From the NCBI RefSeq assembly GCF_000011805.1, contig NC_006840.2: DNA of 32,000 nt; one strand, given 5' to 3'. The stretch is from Aliivibrio fischeri ES114. Its GTDB lineage: Bacteria > Pseudomonadota > Gammaproteobacteria > Enterobacterales > Vibrionaceae. The position numbers and the translations under genes are program-made. This document shows, in pieces, positions 28,000-32,000 of this stretch; position 1 is the stretch's first letter; every line of letters begins with the position of its first letter. The notes beneath the pieces were generated by a model. The model made no database searches. It was not told the origin of the DNA and was given only the letters and a program-made list of their open reading frames with translations.

Positions 28000-29140
28000 A
28001 TTGCTGAACAATGTTGTTCAGTGGTGGCATTTTTAAATATTTATAATTACACATTTGAATGTAGCCAACTTCTCGTTCTGGTGAAAACCAAAATTCAGTC
28101 ACCATTCCATCAAGAGAATAACCTGAATGGCTATAGAATTCACCACCGTATAAATTCTTTGCTATCAAGCCATTAACGTATTTTGAATCGCCCATTTTAA
28201 ATTCTACCGCTCCCCAATACGTTGTAAATGCTGGGTATTCACCTTTAGATAACGCAAGTAACTTTTCACGGGCTTCATCCGCATACTTAGGTTTAATTAG
28301 ATGCTCCATCCATTTTGCCATATCAGGCACCGTACTTTGTATTCCACCATCGCCTTGACTTGGTAACATGGTGTGGCTGTGAGCATAATTACCGTATTTA
28401 TCGACATAATAACTGGACGCTTTCCAGTTAATCAGAAAATTGTCTTTCGTTGATGCTTGAGTGTTACTCATTTTTAAAGGAATGAAAATTCGAGAGGCTA
28501 TTTCATCTTCAAACTTATTGTTGGTTACTTTTTCAATAATATCAGCAAGTAACACATACCCTGTATTACTATATGAAATTGAGGTTCCCGGCGTAAATGT
28601 GGGGGATTTTAATTGTTTACTAAAACCGACAATTTCTGAAAACAAGTATGATTTATCGACCATCCCACCCCAAAGCGCGGTATTCAATTCTTTATCATTA
28701 GTTTTAAAGCGCTTCATTAAATAAAGAGCGGACTCTGTATCATTTAAATAATCAGGTATGCCACTTTGATGATGAATTAAATGAAAAAGTGTGACGTTAT
28801 TAAACCAATCAGGGCCATCTTTATAAAAGTCTGCCAACGTTTGTTTTTGAGATAAAAGCCCCTCAGATTCCAACGCCATAATAATATAAGCTGTCATATG
28901 CTTACTGACAGAGCCAATATCAAAAACAGTTTTATTATCAATAGGAGTTTGATATCGAATATTTGATTGGCCAACATAAAGTTGCTCAATTAATTTATCA
29001 GATTGAACAATACCCACGCCGCAACCGGGTGTTTCATTATCTTGAATGGTAAAATACTGGCCAATATTAAGGTCTTTTGCTGATAACGCCGAAGATAATA
29101 ATAAAGGTAATGAGATGAAGCTTAGCGTATAACGATTCAT
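27983..29140 (-). CDS. serine hydrolase, beta-lactamase/penicillin-binding-protein-like, exported
   Basis: Signal peptide MNRYTLSFISLPLLLSSALSA, SxxK motif FDIGSVSKHMTAYIIM, YSN motif SYSNTGYVLLADIIEKV, and C-terminal GEFYSHSGYSLDG (H-S-G). Confidence 0.92.
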   Translation of the reverse strand: MNRYTLSFISLPLLLSSALSAKDLNIGQYFTIQDNETPGCGVGIVQSDKLIEQLYVGQSNIRYQTPIDNKTVFDIGSVSKHMTAYIIMALESEGLLSQKQTLADFYKDGPDWFNNVTLFHLIHHQSGIPDYLNDTESALYLMKRFKTNDKELNTALWGGMVDKSYLFSEIVGFSKQLKSPTFTPGTSISYSNTGYVLLADIIEKVTNNKFEDEIASRIFIPLKMSNTQASTKDNFLINWKASSYYVDKYGNYAHSHTMLPSQGDGGIQSTVPDMAKWMEHLIKPKYADEAREKLLALSKGEYPAFTTYWGAVEFKMGDSKYVNGLIAKNLYGGEFYSHSGYSLDGMVTEFWFSPEREVGYIQMCNYKYLKMPPLNNIVQQYGKGN

Positions 29141-29280
29141 GGAAGTCCTCTACAAAACTCATAACATTGAATTTATAGAATACTCCCACCACATCTTAAT
29201 GTTATAACTTGAGTCGGAATTCCGATTTACAATTCACTTTTATGCAATTGACTCACTTATCAATTACATTAGCTTTCATA

Positions 29281-29631
29281 TTATAAACCAAATCCAATCT
29301 TAGGTTGACGACGAACAGATCGCACGCCCCATGGGGTTAAATCAGGTTTTGGCTGCCCTTCAAAATCACCAAGACAAATGTATCCCTTAGAAAGGTAACG
29401 ATATAAGAAGTCACCGCCATCTAATGAACCTGTTTTATCATCACCAAATGGCAAATAAATTCGTTCAACACGAAGATCTGGTGCTTTTTTAAATGCAGGA
29501 TATGCTGTTGAATTAACTTGGCGTGAGTCTAAGCTATTGAGAAGTGCTTTATCTGACATTTTAGCTTTCATACGGCTAAAAATCATGATCATCCGTTTCT
29601 GTCTTTCTGAAGAGACAATTATCATTTCCAT
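29281..29631 (-). CDS. hypothetical protein
   Basis: 116-aa ORF preceded by AAAGGA near the ATG; no family recognised. Confidence 0.4.
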   Translation of the reverse strand: MEMIIVSSERQKRMIMIFSRMKAKMSDKALLNSLDSRQVNSTAYPAFKKAPDLRVERIYLPFGDDKTGSLDGGDFLYRYLSKGYICLGDFEGQPKPDLTPWGVRSVRRQPKIGFGL

Positions 29632-29693
29632 AATTGGATTTCCTTTGAAACGAGAAAGTATATAGTAAACCCCTTCTCACAACCATGTTTACT

Positions 29694-30224
29694 CTACATA
29701 ACCGGTGTCAATTGCTGAATCAGGCAACGATATTCATAACAATCAATAATTTCACCATCTACGAAAGCAAACTCAGGCTTAAATCCAACTTCTTTAAATC
29801 CATTTTTTATTAAGACTTTCTGAGATGCCGCATTATCTGTCGATGCTACTGCATTTATCGATGATAATTCATATCTGTTTTTCCCTATCTCTAACAGCTC
29901 TTTTGTGGCTAATGTTGCTAAACCTTGCGAAGTAAACTCTTCACCAATTCGATATCCGATTGAACCGCTGTTTTTCACTCTATCAATATTGTATAAATTT
30001 GCTCTGCCGAGTATTTGGCCATCTTCATCTTTAATTAACGTTGGGTAAAGTAGCCCTTTTTTATATTCAGCCAGACAAAAATTAACATGTTCTTTTATGC
30101 CATTATCATCAAAGAAATCATCGTCTCTGGCTTCAATGAAAGATTCAAACCACTCTTTATTGTTTAGTTCAAACTTTAGTAATGCCGACGCATCACTTTG
30201 TTTTAGTAATTCTAATTTGACCAT
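29694..30224 (-). CDS. GNAT-family N-acetyltransferase
   Basis: IGRANLYNIDRVKNSGSIGYRIGEEFTSQGLATLATKELLEIG, NIASTDNAASQKVLIKNGFKEVGF-type GNAT motifs (INAVASTDNAASQKVLIKNGFKEVG). Confidence 0.93.
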   Translation of the reverse strand: MVKLELLKQSDASALLKFELNNKEWFESFIEARDDDFFDDNGIKEHVNFCLAEYKKGLLYPTLIKDEDGQILGRANLYNIDRVKNSGSIGYRIGEEFTSQGLATLATKELLEIGKNRYELSSINAVASTDNAASQKVLIKNGFKEVGFKPEFAFVDGEIIDCYEYRCLIQQLTPVM

Positions 30225-30317
30225 TATTAATCCCTCTTATGTTATTTCCTTTAGCAATGGCGTTAACTGAATTTACGTTAATATTATGTTGCTATAAATT
30301 GATTATAGACAAAAAAA

Positions 30318-30340
30318 AGCCACGATATGTGATCGTGGCT
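30318..30340 (-). terminator. Rho-independent terminator of the U32-family gene
   Basis: AGCCACGAT…ATCGTGGCT stem with a preceding A-run (U-tract on the minus strand). Confidence 0.85.
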
Positions 30341-30368
30341 GACTATTTAAATCAAAGCGAAAAATTGA

Positions 30369-32000
30369 TTAAAGACCTTTCACATACTGATTATGTGTAT
30401 TAATAGGTACCATTGAATATAACGCTTCTTGAACCGCAGTTTCACCTTTAACCAGAGCCTCAAAGTGCGTTGCTAACTTAACAATATCCGCTTGTTCTTT
30501 AGAACCACCACCAATATTAGTTAAATCAATAAAGAATTCATCAAACAAATCAGATAAATCATTAACGACATCCATGTTTAAAAACTGCTCATGGTTATAA
30601 ATACTTGGGTAGCCACCTTTTTGCTTATCTACAGCAAAAGAGACCCCTTTCATGTTCGTAATAGTTGTCGCTTTTTCACACTTAATCATACAACCCGCTT
30701 CAATCGCACGCTTATTACAACCAACCGTTTGTTGGAAGAAGCATTGACGACTTGTCATCAACAAAATTGGATGATAAATGCTGTAAAGTAACTTAAAGTT
30801 TTCAGGACGACGAATGTGTTTCATTTGTCCTTGATTTATTTCATTAGAAATGAACGCACCAGCACAATTAAACTCTTCTTTTAGTGTAATTAATGCGTGT
30901 GAGTTGGTGGTATTCATGAATGGACCCGCAACCCACTCAATTCCCATTTCATAAGCTTTATAAGCAATACCTGTATTATTAGTAACAATACGTGCAGGTT
31001 TCACTTCTTCAAGGAATTTCACAGCTTCATTATAATCTTTACCAATCAATACCGCAGGGAACCATGGGATCAATCTTGGATTTTCTGAGAAGATGTTGAT
31101 GTACGTTTTATCATTGCGTCTAAAACTTTCTGGTAACTTAAAGTAAATATCTGCATCAGTAGCATCACATATTTTTAAGTCGGCAATATCTGCGATAAGC
31201 ATAGATAGCTTAGGTTGCTGTTCAACTTTCGGCTTCTGAGCTAATTTTGGTAATTCAACATGTTTAATAACGGCTTTATTTCCATTTAAACGATACGCAA
31301 TCTGATCTTTTAGATCTGAAAGTTCTTTAAAAGGCAGGATTAAACCTTCATCAACTTGAGAAAAATCATAGCCAGAGAACTCATAATCGCTATTAGAAAC
31401 CCCTTTAAAGCGTTTCTCTAGCTCTTTTTGTGTAATTGACTTCTCACCAGCAGCCATAAGTAACGATGTCGATTCTAATTCAAAGATCTCTTTTGAAGTT
31501 GCTACCACCACTTTTAATGGACTATCAAGCTGTGCTTTAAATGCAATGGATAATGGCAGTTTTGAAATATCCAGATCTTGAATTTTCTCACGTAGCTCTT
31601 CACCAAGATTGTCTTTTGCTGCGTTCAATTCAGCTTTAACATCATGAATTTGAACCACATCAATGGCATTACTTTTCTCTACCGCATGAGTAACACTGTG
31701 ATCTCTAGGGTTATCGATGAACATGTCTTTGGTTAAGTTACCAGTCAAAAATGAATTGGTAAAATCACGGTTAAACACTTTGTGAAGGTTTGAATCATCT
31801 TCTAATAAATCGCCAGACTCGATGAATTTATTGATGTTTTTGCGCCAATTATCAATAACCGTATAAACGTAATGAGAGCCTTTAATACGCCCTTCTACTT
31901 TTAAAGAATCAACTTTAGCATCAACCAGATCTGGCAAATCAAAATACGCTGAGTTGTCTTTTAAGTTTAGAGGGTATTTGTTACCAACCGCGGTTTCTTC
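30369..32000 (-). CDS. U32 family peptidase-like protein (RlhA/YdcP-like), 5' end beyond right edge
   Basis: Frame stays open to position 32000 (EETAVGNKYPLNLKDNSAYFDLPDLVDAKVDSLKVEGRIKGSHYVYTVIDNWRK); U32 motifs DSLKVEGRIKG, KVFNRDFTNSFLTG; Cys-rich CFFQQTVGCNKRAIEAGCMIKC. The RlhA assignment is tentative. Confidence 0.8.
   Translation of the reverse strand, partial: EETAVGNKYPLNLKDNSAYFDLPDLVDAKVDSLKVEGRIKGSHYVYTVIDNWRKNINKFIESGDLLEDDSNLHKVFNRDFTNSFLTGNLTKDMFIDNPRDHSVTHAVEKSNAIDVVQIHDVKAELNAAKDNLGEELREKIQDLDISKLPLSIAFKAQLDSPLKVVVATSKEIFELESTSLLMAAGEKSITQKELEKRFKGVSNSDYEFSGYDFSQVDEGLILPFKELSDLKDQIAYRLNGNKAVIKHVELPKLAQKPKVEQQPKLSMLIADIADLKICDATDADIYFKLPESFRRNDKTYINIFSENPRLIPWFPAVLIGKDYNEAVKFLEEVKPARIVTNNTGIAYKAYEMGIEWVAGPFMNTTNSHALITLKEEFNCAGAFISNEINQGQMKHIRRPENFKLLYSIYHPILLMTSRQCFFQQTVGCNKRAIEAGCMIKCEKATTITNMKGVSFAVDKQKGGYPSIYNHEQFLNMDVVNDLSDLFDEFFIDLTNIGGGSKEQADIVKLATHFEALVKGETAVQEALYSMVPINTHNQYVKGL

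Noticed and set aside
1-32000. tRNA, rRNA and mobile-element (transposase/integrase) genes
   Set aside because: None recognised in the sequence or ORF track; tRNAscan-SE and an ISfinder search would be decisive.

Overview
The gene content and style look like a Vibrio/Aliivibrio-type gammaproteobacterial chromosome; the taxon is an inference. From left to right: (1) a hypothetical CDS that runs off the left edge and a broken DUF2971 gene; (2) a periplasmic formate dehydrogenase locus on the minus strand, with ferredoxin-like protein, TorD-family chaperone, small Tat-signal protein, Cys-type catalytic subunit, Fe-S subunit, cytochrome b subunit and DUF3305/DUF3306 proteins, and a divergent fdhD; (3) an unusual HD-GYP protein with a solute-binding-type sensor region, an MltC-type lytic transglycosylase and a Cache-type methyl-accepting chemotaxis protein; (4) a compact locus that reads as a complete 5-oxoproline (pyroglutamate) salvage module: pcp, DUF979, DUF969, NRAMP-family transporter, pxpC, pxpB, pxpA, DUF1445/YcsI, with a divergent LysR regulator; (5) a coupled pair made of a large alkaline-phosphatase-superfamily-like exported protein and a serine beta-lactamase-like hydrolase; (6) a small hypothetical, a GNAT acetyltransferase and a U32-family protein (RlhA-like) that runs off the right edge. 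No RNA genes, CRISPR arrays, transposases or integrases were recognised. The observations most worth a second look are the pyroglutamate module, the DUF2971 remnant (in-frame TAG and no start), the divergent HD-GYP motif, the phosphatase-like/serine hydrolase pair, and the repeat structures near 9131-9202 and 11110-11231.
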